Shown here piece by piece: positions 13,561 to 28,387 of a stretch of DNA of 64,000 nucleotides (the stretch's first letter is position 1; the number at the start of each line of letters is the position of its first letter). The notes below the pieces were generated by a model. It searched no databases, was not told the origin of the DNA, and saw only the letters and a program-made list of their open reading frames with translations. Position numbers and translations under genes: made by a program. Source of the stretch: Octopus vulgaris (lineage: Eukaryota); the NCBI GenBank assembly GCA_951406725.2, contig OX597822.1, positions 2,046,001-2,110,000 on the forward strand, read 5' to 3'.

Positions 13561-14072
13561 ATGTCAATGGCTACTTCATTATTTTCACTAAGATCCATTG
13601 CATATACTGGTATGTATGTCTTTATAATGAAACACTCAATACTGCGAGAAGACAATCGGACATTCTCTTTATTCGTCTTTAATCGGGTCTGAGAGTTTGA
13701 ACACTTGATTGATACCGTTAGTCGTTCACTCGAACACTTTGTCCGTCAGTAACTGCGAGAAAGATTTGTTCCGGGTAGGAATTTAGAGGACTGACGTTCT
13801 AATTAATGACGGAAGAAGATAAAACGAGTCAGGAACGAGTGAGTGCAGGTGGTACAACGTCAGCATTCTTCGAAGAAGAAATTTTATAGTACTATTGACA
13901 GAATAAGCAGAGGGAGGGGGGAGAAGGTGGGGAGGCGAGAAGAGGAGTGAGGAGTAGAGTGCAGACACAACAACTGTGAGACAGATATTGATGATTTATG
14001 GAGACTAACGCTATTCATTCGAACAGCATTTCTTTCGTGCTGTCCAATATGTCCGTATCTAGCAGCTCTGTT

Positions 14073-14360
14073 GTTTGTTTCTTCTCGAGCCATGCCTGGC
14101 TCATAAGGACCGGTTTCCCGGTTTCCTTGGCGTATAGATTCCCCACCTGGACGGGACGCCGGTCCGTCGCAGGTGAGCTGCAAGATGCAGGAGGAAAGAG
14201 TGAGAGAAAGTTGTGGCGAAAGAGTCAGCAGAAGTTCGCCATTACCTTCTGCCGATGCCGCGTGGAGCTTAGGTGTTTCGCTCATAAACACACACATCAC
14301 CCGGTTTGAGATTCGAATCCGCGAGTCCGCTGCTCTAACCACTAGGCCATGTGCCTCAAC
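14073..14360 (-). mobile_element. SINE family C, tail type 2, with 12-bp TSD
   Basis: TSD agcagctctgtt at 14061-14072 and 14361-14372; head gaggcacatggcctagtggttagagcagcggactcgcg. Confidence 0.9.
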
Positions 14361-14984
14361 AGCAGCTCTGTTCCAGAAGTGGAAGCTGTATACTACAGTG
14401 GGTCTATTTGAGCTTCATAGAAGGTTACCAATTGTTGAGCGTCGAAGCATGTGAGGCTCTGAAGAGGAATTGTGATGCTTAATCACACGACATTCTGCAA
14501 GTTATGAGATTTCGGTCCTAGAGCATGAAATCACTGCTAAATACTAGTTGAATAAAGAGAATCAGAACGTTCTCACATCCAACAAAATGTGAAGAAAATG
14601 TAGATTGCGCCAACATTCTGCAAAAGACACTGCACACAGGCTTAACAGTTTCAGAAAAAAATATCGTCATGGTACTTATTATATCGATATATTATAATGT
14701 TGCTTGAATAATATTCAATGGTATCTCTTAGAATAGCCATCCATTCGCAAATATAAATGTGTGTGTGTGTTTGCGTGTATTACCATAATAGTTGCATACA
14801 AGTGCGTTTCTACTCCATTTCCCTTATCTATTTCTCTTTTCTCTCTTTGTCCTTTATTTCGGAAAAAAAGTGAATACTTGAAACGTAAAAAACGTATCCT
14901 TCTCTTTACCTATTTCCTGAACGTCAAATTAATACTAAGTCCGAGTTTATACTTTTACCTCCTCTTCATGTTTTAAATTTGGCA

Positions 14985-15168
14985 CTACAGATGTGTATAC
15001 TCCATTTTTTCTCCTTGTTTCTCTCCTTGTTTTTTCTGTGCCCCTTTCTGTACAAGAGCGTAGGCTCGAAACGTAAAAGACTTTTTCTATCCCTGAGCGT
15101 TATACTAATACATCTGTTTGTTTTCTACACCACAAGTCTTCGTCTTTTGTTTTTTTCGTAAACACTCC
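14985..15168 (+). mobile_element. (TA)n-associated short element, family P2
   Basis: ctgtacaagagcgtaggctcgaaacgtaaaag; followed by (TA)n. Confidence 0.75.
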
Positions 15169-15258
<90 letters not shown>

Positions 15259-15369
15259 CATACACACATATATATGTAGGTGTACGTATGTATATATGTA
15301 TGTCTGCATGTACGTATGAGTGTGATGGTGTGGGTGTGTGCGTGTATCTTTCTGTTTTTTGTTCATTGT

Positions 15370-15752
15370 TTTTTTACTTGTTTCAGTCGTTTGACTAAGG
15401 CCATGCTTGGCCACCGCCACTAGGAGATTTTAGTCGAACAAATTGACCCCAGGGATTATTTTGCTGAAGTGTAGCGCTTATTCTATGGGCTTCTTTTGCC
15501 GACACACTAGTTATGGGGATGTAAACAGGGCAACACCGATTATGAAGCAGAGATGGGGGAACAAACACAGACACACAGATACACACAGATACATACGTAT
15601 ATGACGAGCTTCTTTCAGTTTCCTTCTACGAAATCCACTCACAAGGTTTTGGTCGGGCCCAGGCTATAGTACAAAAAAATTTCCCAAGGTACCACATAAT
15701 AGGATTAAATGCGGAACCATGTGGTTGGAAAGCAAGCTTCTCGCCACACAGT
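15370..15752 (-). mobile_element. SINE family B
   Basis: Reverse complement of the 23290 copy. Confidence 0.85.
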
Positions 15753-15758
15753 CGTATG

Positions 15759-15808
<50 letters not shown>

Positions 15809-15984
15809 GGAGATGTACTTGATCAGAGACCGTGTGCTGAAACTAAAACAATTGCACCATGAAAGGTGTTTGTAAGCCATTTAAAAACAAAGACCGTTAG
15901 ATCCATTTCAACATCTAAATATAATTTGTCGATATATTTTCGTCACTTCGAAACCACGACCTGTTCACTGACAACATTCCGTGC

Positions 15985-16045
<61 letters not shown>

Positions 16046-16657
16046 ATTTATATATACCTTTTTTATGGAAATATCAATGTAATATCTAGTTTGCCTATGA
16101 TAGTAGTAATTAGTATTCTCCATATATAAAACTGCAAATATAAAATAGCAACCTACAGATAAAGGACAGCGAAATCTAGACGCAAATTGAAACTTGATGT
16201 ATATAAAGATTAGAATTGGCCTTACAAGGAAGTTTTACATATTTCATGTTTGTAAATTATATCTGACTTAGTGACTCCTAATTTGACACATATATCTCTG
16301 AAACTCATTAATTTCTAATTCAATTGAGGCTAATGGTTCAGATATACACTAACCTAATTTAGGATCTAATGTTCATCATTGGGAATTCAAACCTAGTGTC
16401 ATTATAAGGTCAATATGATAACTGTTTTATCGCCGTATCAGTTTTCCAAATGTTTCCTCTCGCATTCTTTGCATTCAAAAACTGTAGTTGTCGATCAAAT
16501 ATCAAAACTACACAAACATACCCTTAGTTCATTTCAAACCACGGCAGTGGTCTAACCTTGAGTAAAGATCCATAGACTACAAACCAGATGTGTGAAACTG
16601 GGTGCAAATGCAATTGCGTCATGTCTATGCAGCAGAAACGTGCGTCAGACAGATCTA

Positions 16658-17087
16658 GGATCTGTTCGGTTTGAACGGCAGTTTTTCCTAGCGGTGTCAT
16701 ATAAAATTTTAACCCATAATTATGACCCTAGAATCGATCTATTGCATTTCAATCTCTTTTAGGTTTAGGGATAGTTAGGGTTAGGGTTAGGATTAGGTTT
16801 AGGAGTGGGGGAAGGGTATCTTTTTTTCTTCAGAAATGTAAATAAACCCAATCTGTTTCTTCAACGAGGGACATATTCATACGGCACAGAATGTTTTTTT
16901 TACCTCAATAGACGTCAGCGATTGGTTGAAATTGCAGCAATTGAAGAAAAAAAACACCAAATATCTTTCTCAATAAAGCCAAGAGAAAAAGATGTTTTAT
17001 AAACACATTCTACCAGTATACGAAGTTTAAATTTTTTTAGTTACCTAGAAATTATGTTAAAAACTGCCGTTCAAACCGAAAAGATCC
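16658..17087 (+). mobile_element. MITE with GGATC..GATCC TIRs and internal TTAGGG repeats
   Basis: ~29-bp TIR ggatctgttcggtttgaacggcagttttt / aaaaactgccgttcaaaccgaaaagatcc; decayed 8-bp TSD cagatcta/ctgattta. Confidence 0.9.
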
Positions 17088-17459
17088 CTGATTTAAATTA
17101 AATATGTTGTATGAATGATTGTAGAAATAAAAGATGAGCAGATTTATTAATCTCCGTATTCATAGTTACTTTCTTGGATATACACTCGGTAAACTATTTG
17201 TAATCCAGAGAAGCAAATGCAGGATTTCCCCATTGCGTGAAGTATACTGGGATTGCTTACTATAAATAATCTCTGCTGTTCCTTACCACTCGATGTGATT
17301 AGCCATATCTATGGATTATAATTGAGTGCGTGAACGGTATCTGCTTAGATATATTATCCTACCAACTGAATACACATAAGCGCGCACACACGCACGCACA
17401 CACCCACACGCACATGTGTGTGTGTGTGGTTCAGATACTTCACTTGGTATTATTTTATT

Positions 17460-17682
17460 GTGCTGGCAGAATCGTTAGCACGCTGGACGGAATGCTTAGC
17501 GGTATTTCGTCTGCTGCTGCGTTCTGAGTTCAAATTCTACCGAGGTCGACTTTGCCTTTCATCATTTCGGGGTCTATTAAATAAGTACCTGTTACGCACT
17601 GGGGTCGATATAATCGATTTAATCTGTTTGTCTGTCCTTGTTTGTCTTCTCTATGTTTCGCCCCTTGTGGGTAGTAAAGAAA
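17460..17682 (+). mobile_element. SINE family A (young tail), inserted into an older minus-strand copy
   Basis: Flanks ggtattattttattg / ggtatttattttattg (TSD-like). Confidence 0.85.
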
Positions 17683-18113
17683 CAGGTATTTATTTTATTG
17701 ACCATTCGATATGAAAAGTAAAAATTGACCTGGATGGGATTCGAAACCCGAATGAACAGAGACGTGGCAATATCTTGTCCGTCACTCAACTAATTTATGG
17801 TTTTCTATAAAGATTAAAAAAAAAATCTTTGCTGGGCAATTACTCCCATTTGATTTGAATTTTTCCGTTTGGATTGTCCTATCAGTATAATTAGTTACGG
17901 TCTTACTCTTTGACAATGCTACCTTAATTGACTTCGAAATTATATTTTGTAACGAAAAAAATAAACGGAAAAAAAGCACATTTTTGTGAGCAGTATTTTG
18001 TTTATATTTTATATATACCTAATACGCATACACATATATACACCCACAGACACGCAAATATAATCACACATATATGTGCATATATATATATGTGTGTATG
18101 TGTGCGTGTGTAT

Positions 18114-18161
<48 letters not shown>

Positions 18162-18195
18162 CACACGCACACTAATAATATACTCCCTAATACTA

Positions 18196-18226
<31 letters not shown>

Positions 18227-18449
18227 CTCAGTCTGTATTTGCGGCGTATATTTTGCCCTCGCTCTTTAATTCAATCACTGTCTGAAATAATGTATTTATG
18301 TATTCATTTAATTATTTATTATCATCCTTTATAAGTGCTGTTAACATATAATTTACTACTCTTTAGTAATTTTTAAAAAATTCATTTGTAAGAGACAGTC
18401 GTTTCTCTTTATTTTTATTTGTTCTTTGCCTCACGTTTTCATCCGGTTT

Positions 18450-20700
18450 CTGTAAATTGAAATAATTGTTTCGAACACAGACACAATAGTCTGAAATTCA
18501 GTGGGGACAAATGAGTTGACGAAATCGACCACTGTTCTTGAGTAATACACCATTTTATCACCCCCAGTGGGATAAAAAAAAAATCAAAGATAACCTCTGT
18601 GGATTTTGAGCGCAGAACAAGACTTGGCTCAAATAAAACACAATATTTCCTTCGACGATCAAACGATTCTACCAAACCACACCCTTACTGTAGGTAAAAT
18701 GATGCGTGGGTGACGGAGAATGTTATTTCAGGCGCTAAGCTAGCACAATCGTTACCATGCCGGGCAAAATGCTTGGCGTCATTTCCTCCGCCTTTACATC
18801 CTAAGTTCAAATTCTATCGGTGTCAACTTTGCCTTTCCTCCCTTTCGGGGTCGATAAAATAAGTATCAGTTGAGCCCTGGGATTGATGCGGATCTTTTCG
18901 GTTTGAACGGCAGTTATTAACATAATTTCTAGGTAACTAAAAAATGTTAAAAGTCGTATACAGGTAGAATGTGTTTATAAAACATCTTTTTCTCTTGGCT
19001 TTATTAAGAAAATTCTATAGTTTGTAAGATATTTGTTGTTTATTTTTATTCAATTTCTGCAATTTCAACCAATCACTGACGTCCATTGAGGTAAAAAACA
19101 TTCTGTGCCGTATGAATATGTCCCTCGTTTAAGAAACAGATTGGGTTTATTTACATTTGTGAAGATAAGAAGATACCCTTCCCCCACCCCTAACCCTAAC
19201 CCTAACCCTAACCCTGACCCTAACTAACCCTAACCCTAAAACAGATTGAAATGCAATAGATCGATACTAGGGTCATAATTATCGGTGGCCATTTCATATG
19301 ACACCGCTAGGAAAAACTGCCGTTCAAACCGAAAAGATCCGTGGATGCAACTGACTTACACTGACCCTCCAACCAGCTGGCCTTCTGCCAAAATTTGAAA
19401 CCAACATGAATAAGGCGGCGAGCTGGCAGAAACGTTAGCACGCCGGGCGAAATGCTTAGCGGTATTTCATCTGCGTTACGTTGTGAGTTCAAATTCCGCC
19501 GAGGTCGACTTTGCCTTTCATCCTTTCGGGGTCGATAAATTAAGTACCAGTTACGCATTGGGGTCGATGTAATCGACTTAATACCTATGTCTGTCCTTGT
19601 TTGTCCCCTCTGTGTTTAGCCCCTTGTGGGTAATAAAGAAATAGGTATTTCGTCTGTCTTAACCTTTTGAGCTTAAATTCTTTCGAGTTGTCATTTCACT
19701 ATTTGGTATTTCATTATTTCGGGTTCGATAAAATAAGTACTGGATGAGCAGTGGGGTCGATGTAATTTATTTACTCCCTCTCCCGAAATTGATAGCTTTG
19801 TGCCGATATTTGAAACCAAAATGAATAAAGCCATTGTAGATATTATTAGGGGAGGATATAAGGCGGCGAGCTGGCAGAATCGTTTGCACGCCGGACAAAA
19901 TGCTTAGTGGCATTTTGTTCGTATTTCAGTTCAAATTTTGCAGAGGTCGACTTTATCTTTCATCTTTCGGTTTCTATAAAATAAGTGCCAGTTGAGGGTT
20001 GGGGTACAATTTAAGGTTTTGTACCTATAATAAAAAGAATTATTAAGGGGCGACAGGTGGATAGTGGTAGTAGACGAAATTGTGAAAGTTTCGGACGGAA
20101 TGGCCTGCAGTAGTTCCGAAGGTCTTTTACGCTCTGAATTAAAATCCAACCAAAGTCAACTTTACCTTATGCACTCGTCCCCGGGTCGATTAAATAACGT
20201 ATCACGAAAGTACTGACGTTATTGGTATCAACTTATCCCCGTGCCCGAAAACCAAGGCCCTGTACTTATATAAGACATCATGAAGGTGACAAAAACTAGC
20301 AAAATCAGTTGCTTGTCCGGTTAAATACTAAGCAACATTTCTTCCGGCACTTTACGTTTTGAGCTGAAATCTGGCGGGCGTCAAGTTAGCTTTTCGTCTG
20401 TTTGGAGCCGATAAAATGAAGTACCGGTCAAATGCTGGGGTCGATGTAATTGTTTAACATTCTCCCCTTAAGATGACTGGCTTTGTACACAGGTTTCAAA
20501 AATTAATACAAGAGAACTTCTGGGCAGTGGTAGTTTCCAAAATTGCTAGAGCATCAGGTAAAATTAATTCTTCGTGTTGTTCCTGCTCTGCGTCCAAATC
20601 TTGCTTTACCGGACATTCTTTAGGAGTGGATAAAATGAAATAACAGAAAAGAAACAGGGTCGATGATATTGTCTAAACACTTTCCCTAATAATGACCAAA
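18450..20700 (+). mobile_element. Cluster of ~7-8 SINE family A copies (intact copy 19414-19642)
   Basis: Repeated ctggcagaa..gttcaaat..gtcgactttgcctttcatc..ggtcgataaa modules; first copy minus strand, the rest plus. Confidence 0.85.
18890..19340 (-). mobile_element. TTAGGG-carrying MITE nested in a SINE A
   Basis: TIRs at both ends; (CCCTAA)n at ~19187-19238; decayed TSD attgatgc/gtggatgc splits the SINE motif ggggtcgatg. Confidence 0.9.
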
Positions 20701-21064
20701 ACTGTACCTAAATATTGTTGTGCGGTTTCCTATAAATAAAAGTGATACGCGTTATACATACATATATACAGGCAGACTGACCGACAGATAGACAGGCTTA
20801 TAGACGGATTTATACACATATACCTACATATAGAGATGGATATGTTTGCATATGTGTATGTGTGTGTGTGTGTGTGTGAGCATACTTGCCAAGCAAATAA
20901 CTTGATCTGAGATCAGAGAAGAGCCATTCCGGCCTTTAATAACACACAAAGCAGTTAAATTCATTTTAAATTTAAATTTTGGCACCTCATGAAATAAAGC
21001 GAATGTTACCGCTTTGTGTGGTGTTAACAAATTACTAGAATGGCTCTGGCATGATGCAATTGCC

Positions 21065-21103
<39 letters not shown>

Positions 21104-21208
21104 GTGTTTATATGCACATCTCTCTCTCTCTCTTTATATATATATATATCTATATATATATATATACACATACATATACAAGTATACAAACAGATATATA
21201 TGTATATG

Positions 21209-21268
<60 letters not shown>

Positions 21269-21759
21269 TATTTATATATACACGTAAATATATACATATG
21301 CGTATATCGCATGTGTGAGTGTTTGCTTGTGATTTTGCCAAAACCGCAAAGCCTGGTGTTTCCCACTGAACTCTGAAAGTAACTACAGCCCTCTTGAGAC
21401 GCTGACCTCCTACAAATAACAGTAATCTTTCAGCACTACTGTTCTTATACATATGGTACGATAACTTCTATTTCACACACTAACGTCCCAATTAATAGCT
21501 ACAAAGACAGCCATTTTCACTGATTAGTAAATTCCAAAAGAATGTCCGGCCAGTAATTGACAGATACGAACTTCCTTATTCTTCTTTGTTTCTTCTTTCC
21601 CCATAACAATTCTTCTAGGCCTCTGAATTATCTAACTATAAACCCTCTCTAACACAGGTCGATTCGACCCATCATTCTAGCATCCTCCCACCTCCTGTAT
21701 TCTGCCTCATATCTAAGCCTCTGCACAATCACTCAATCCTTCTGTGCTTCTTAATACCC

Positions 21760-22150
21760 ATTTCTTTACTACCCACATTGGGCTAAACACAGAGAGGACA
21801 AACAAGGACAGACACACGTAGTGCGTAAATGGTACTTAATTTATCGACCCCGAAAGGATGAAAGACAAAGTCGACCTCAGCGGAATTTGAACTCACAACG
21901 TAACGGCAGACGAAATACCTATTTCTTTACTACCAACAAGGGGATAAAAACAGAGGGGACAAACAAGGACAGACAAATGGATTAATTCGATTACATCAAC
22001 CCCAGTGCGTAACTGGTATTTATTTAATCGACCCCGAAAGGATGAAAGGCAAAGTCGACCTCGGCGGATTTTAACTCAGAACGTAACGGCAGACGAAATA
22101 CGGCTACGCGCTTCGTCCGGCGTGCTAACGTTTCTGTCAGCTCGCCGCCT
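21760..22150 (-). mobile_element. SINE family A with duplicated body and tail
   Basis: Flanked by ~16-bp TSD tgtgcttcttaatacc / tgcgcttcttagtacc. Confidence 0.9.
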
Positions 22151-22524
22151 TTGCGCTTCTTAGTACCTTGATCTTGAGGAATTCCTCCTGTTCAGCGAAA
22201 TTATCGACGAATTCCTTTGTGGAACCCTCCTCTCCAGCAGACACCGATCTACAGGTTAGCGTAGTAAGCACAAATCCCATCCGTACAAATACCCTTTAAG
22301 TAATTGCCCAACTACTTTCTTTCTGCTTGAAGTTGTACCATAAAAAAAGAAAAGAAAAGAATAATAACAATAATAAATTTCTTCATACGATTTTTATTCT
22401 AGCCCTGTGGTTTTCAGCCGAGGTTCAAAAGACCCTTAGGGGTTCATATAAGATCTTAATGTGCAATAAATTGGTTATACTGCTACAATACACAACATAT
22501 TTTAACAATGTTGCTTTTCGTTTT

Positions 22525-23260
<736 letters not shown>

Positions 23261-23290
23261 CATACAATTCTTTATGGATATTTAAGTATA

Positions 23291-23700
23291 GGCGCAGGAG
23301 TGGCTGTGTGGTAAGTAGTTTGCTTACCAATCACATGGTTCCGGGTTCAGTCCTACTGCGTGGCATTTTGGGCAAGTGTCTTCTGCTATAGCCCCGGGCT
23401 GACCAAAGCCTTGTGAGTGGATTTGGCACACGGAAACTGAAAGAAGCTTGTCGTATATATGTATGTATGTATATGTATGTGTGTGTGTGTTTGTGTGTCT
23501 GTGTTTGTCCACATAGCATTGCTTGTCAACCGATGCTGGTGTGTTTACGTCCCCGGTCACTTAGCGGTTCGGCAGAAGAGACCGATAGAATAAGTACTAG
23601 GCTTATAAAGAATAAGTCCCGGGGTCGAGTTGCTCGACTAAAGGCGATGCTCCAACATGGCCGCAGTCAAATGACTGAAACAAGTAAAAGAGTAAAAGAG
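23291..23700 (+). mobile_element. SINE family B, full length (tRNA-like head, CORE-like ttgggcaagtgtctt, internal microsatellite, (AGTAAAAG) tail)
   Basis: A box tggctgtgtgg, B box ggttcagtcc; many homologous copies in window. Confidence 0.92.
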
Positions 23701-24027
23701 CATAAAAATATAATAGGATAATTTTTTTAAAAGAGCGAATGGCTGAGTTTGCACCCCCAAGTATGGTAGGAATCAAAAGAGTCCACAAGCAAGAAATGGT
23801 TTAGAAACAGTTCCTCACTAATAAATTAATGGTTACAAATTTTGGCAGTAGGGTAGCGATTCTAGGGAAGCAGTAAGTTGATCGCATCAACTCAAAAATT
23901 CAACCGATGTTTATTTCATAGACCCCGAAAGGATGAAAAGGAAAGCAGATCTTGACAGAATTTGAACTCGGAACGTAAAGAGCCGGGACATATGTAGGTA
24001 CATATTTTGTCCGACATTCTTCTCATT

Positions 24028-24430
24028 CGTTTACTTGTTTCAGTCATTTGACTGCGGCCATGCTGGAACACCGCTTTGAAGACTTTTAGTCGAGCAAATT
24101 AACTTCGGGATTTATTTTTATAAAGTCTAGTACTTATTTAATCGATGTTTTTTTGACGAACCACTACGTTACGGGGACGTAAAATACATCAACACAGGTT
24201 GGCAAGCCATGAGGCGGCCACAAACACAAAGATACACACTCATATATATATATACGTGAATATATATATAGACGCACACACAACAGGCTTCTTTCACTTT
24301 CTGTCTACCAAATCCACTCACAAGGCTTTGATAGGCCAGAGGCTATTGCAGAGTTGACAGTCCGTGGGACTGAACGCGGAGCCGTGTAGTTGGCGAGCAG
24401 CCTTCTTAGCAGACAGCCACGCCTACGCTT
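24028..24430 (-). mobile_element. SINE family B, full length
   Basis: Inverted relative to the 23291 copy. Confidence 0.85.
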
Positions 24431-25004
24431 ATAATGAATCTTAAACTAATAAATTAATAAAAACAGAAATATCACGTCTGTTTAAAATTCCTCATTTCTT
24501 AATCAAACAACTTATATTAATGAATGCGAGAACGTAGCAGTAGTTTACGTGTACAATCTCGCTCTTAGCCATAGTTCGCTTAATGTGAAATAAACTGATT
24601 TGAGGTAATTACTCAATTCTTACTGATTTTATGCCATGCAGTTGATCAGAAACGTTCAATTCAGATTATTATATATTAAGACTTAGACCGAATTAGAATT
24701 AATTCCTTTATGCTAAATATAGTTTATCTAAGTTAATGGAGTGATCGATCTGGTGCAGAAATCATAGTCTTAACGTCGTGGATACATAATGGCGAAGATA
24801 ATATGGCTCAGGCGTGAAAGTCTCGTCTAGTTTGATGGAAGCTTTAATTTGATCAATTATTTGACACCAAAGCTAGAAGTAAATGCTTAGGAAGATAAAA
24901 CTGACAGAATCAGTTGTGAAGCAATGGGACTTTTTAACCTTATCTGCTTAGGCATGTTATTAAAAATAGAACAGTCTGAGATTATCTCGGTGGTAATGCT
25001 GCCG

Positions 25005-25115
<111 letters not shown>

Positions 25116-25339
25116 AACGGCTAATTGTAGTATTTTACATCTAATTAAATTACAAGACTAAGGTTTTGGTTTAATAATTCTTTTATTATTATTTTTTTTT
25201 GTGAAAACCTATCCGCAACTAACATCCTTTGATTGCTTGACTAAATACAGGAGCTGGCAAGTAAATACCAAATACACAGAGTTGAAACGCTGTTTGATTT
25301 TTCTTTTCAGCGTTGAATGTTCACCATTCCACTACCATT

Positions 25340-25404
<65 letters not shown>

Positions 25405-26014
25405 AACACACACACAAACATTCACATACCTCCCTTTTACATACACACACATAAGCTCACACAGAGTTGAAACGATGTTTGATTTATCTTTTTCACTGTT
25501 CAGTTTCCATCATTCCACTACGAAGTTTGCCATCACTCCTTCCTTTTTATTCACCTATCACTCCTACCATTCTCAGTCATATGTTGTGACGGAGGAAAAC
25601 ACAAGAGTATTATTATAGTAGATAAGGTACAAAACCAAGTTTTTAGTTTAATAATTATTTTACCACAAAGCTTGAGGAAAAATCTATCGGCAACTAACAT
25701 CCTTCGACTGCTTGTTTCCTTCAAAAGAATATTAAAGATTTCCTTCCTTCTTGTCCGCCTTATATACATATATATAGCTGATCCAAACATGAACAGAGCG
25801 AAAACATAACAACGTGAGGACGTAGAATAAGTATAGTGTTATTGGACGCCCAGGAAAGGAAAGAAAGGAGGAGGATTTCACGTTTCTTGCGGAGCACTTC
25901 GTTAGAAATATAGAACAAAAGAAAAAGTCTAGAGAAGAGAAGACGGAGAAAGAAAATCGCCAATGACACACACACAGACACAGACACACATACATACATA
26001 CATACATACATACA

Positions 26015-26047
<33 letters not shown>

Positions 26048-26077
26048 TGCCTAATAGTGGTTTTATCTCTAATTTAA

Positions 26078-26108
<31 letters not shown>

Positions 26109-26956
26109 TTGCTTATATTTATTTATATATTTGTGTGTTGACGAGTACAAGGATTGATAAAGTGAATAAAAGTTTCCTGCTTAACTTCAAGATTGAAGGG
26201 AAGTGGGTAACCAGATGTAAGTGATAAGGCAAAATCTACAAAATTAATTCATAGGAATAGCTTAAGCAGAGATGAGTTGAACAAACGAATTAAAATAATT
26301 AATGAACTCCCTATTAGAACAACATCACTTTCTATTTCTGAGATGCAAAGCATAGTCAAAATTCCGAGACAATATATAAAAATAACATATAAACGGTTTT
26401 CTTAATTAAGCTTAAAATTATTTGGAAAGCCAAAAAGAGTGTCTTGTAGAGAAGGATAAAAACGATTAAGTCACTAGACCAATACCTTATCTTCTAGACC
26501 GTTCAAGGACTTAGCTTTCTATTATACAAGATATACATTCTATATTTATGATTCACAAGTTCTGTGTTCCATTGCTAATTCTTTTATTAGCACAAATTTG
26601 AATCCAATAACTTACATCAATTTATTTGTCATGGTCTGGTATACTCAATAAAATATGTTCACTTACACACATACACACACACAATCAAACTCATACTCAT
26701 ACAAATACACAAACACACACACACACACAAATGTATATACATATGTCCAAATACATACATATATGTGTATATATCACTGTCTCAATATAGTATCTGATAA
26801 ATGCCATCATTGTAATACTAATTTCGTTTAAAGCATATCCGCTTTTCGGTTTAGCCTTGCGTAGCACTGTTAAAAATTACGTAATTTACCAGAGAGTAAA
26901 TCAAGTTTATAAAATTATATAGAAATTATATCTAGTTTTTTTTTTTTTGTTAGGAG

Positions 26957-27001
<45 letters not shown>

Positions 27002-27325
27002 TCTTGAGTAATAGCTTTTAAAATAATTATTTGAGAGCACGACTGAAAGACATATTCTAGTTTTATATTAGCTTATTGTTTCTGCGGAGAATTGCTTAAT
27101 TACTGCCACTAGTTATTGCTAAAGGCTAGATTCGTTGGATGTGGGTTATATCTCTGCGACGGAGGTAGTGTGGCCATTAATGTCACAATCAATCAGTCAA
27201 CCAATCAGAGTCATGTGAACATACGACCATCAATCGTAGAGGTTGATGAAGCACGTAGAGGGCAAAATCAGGGTGTAATTTTTATCAGATGGACACACAT
27301 ATATACACACGCGAACGGTATATAA

Positions 27326-27482
27326 GGCGGCGATCCGGCAGAAACGTTAGCACGCCGGGCGAAATGCGTAGCCGTATTTCGTCTGCCGTTACGCAACTGG
27401 GGTCGATATAATCGACTTAATCCGTTTGTCTGTCCTTGTTTGTCCTCTCTGTGTTTAGCCCCTTGTGGGTAGTAAAGAAATA
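27326..27482 (+). mobile_element. SINE family A with internal deletion
   Basis: Head joined to tail at GTTACG. Confidence 0.85.
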
Positions 27483-27584
27483 GGTATATGTGATTAAACT
27501 TCAACATGTTCTAATTTTTATTCCTTATTTTAGAGCAAATATTATATGTGGCTGTGTGTGTACATGTGCATAGTATGCGCATTC

Positions 27585-27698
<114 letters not shown>

Positions 27699-27755
27699 TA
27701 TATACATATATATATACATATATATACATATATATACATATATATACATGTATAT

Positions 27756-27865
<110 letters not shown>

Positions 27866-28019
27866 GTGTGTGTGTTTTCCCTTGTTAACAATTAAACTGA
27901 AGAAAATAGATAGTTACAAGTGTAGCAAAAAATTACACAAGTAAAAAGGTTGTAACACCTTGTTTTTAAAGGTAGAAACTTCGGGTTTGCGTGAAATTAT
28001 TTTGTATAATATATATAAA

Positions 28020-28281
28020 TGAATAAATGGAGTTAAACGCAGGTGTTATTCAACTTCTTTTACTTCCGACACATGTTTCGAAGATATGATGGATATGTAT
28101 ATATATCCCTCATTTTCTGTTAAAATGTCTTATTGACAAGTTTCATTTCTTCATTTAGCTGAAGAAAAGTTTACGTTGTTTTACACCATTTTATTCCTTT
28201 GGAATAATACCAGTGATTTCTTCGTAACATGTGTCGGAAGTAAATGAAATTTGAATAACACCTGCGTTTAACTCCATTTAT
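28020..28281. repeat. Inverted-repeat element, probably Penelope-like-derived (single arm also at ~3560-3640)
   Basis: ataaatggagttaaacgcaggtgttattcaa..ttccgacacatgtttcgaag / cttcgtaacatgtgtcggaagt..ttgaataacacctgcgtttaactccatttat. Confidence 0.7.
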
Positions 28282-28333
28282 ATATATATAATCACTGCCA
28301 CAATATAGTATCTGATAAATACCATCATTGTAA

Positions 28334-28387
<54 letters not shown>

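Noticed and set aside
13690-13885. Possible LINE ORF2 C-terminal remnant (RTSVL.. motif)
   Set aside because: Similarity too weak to support by eye.
18450-20700. CRISPR-like repeat-spacer array
   Set aside because: Eukaryotic SINE copies, long and divergent, with irregular spacing.
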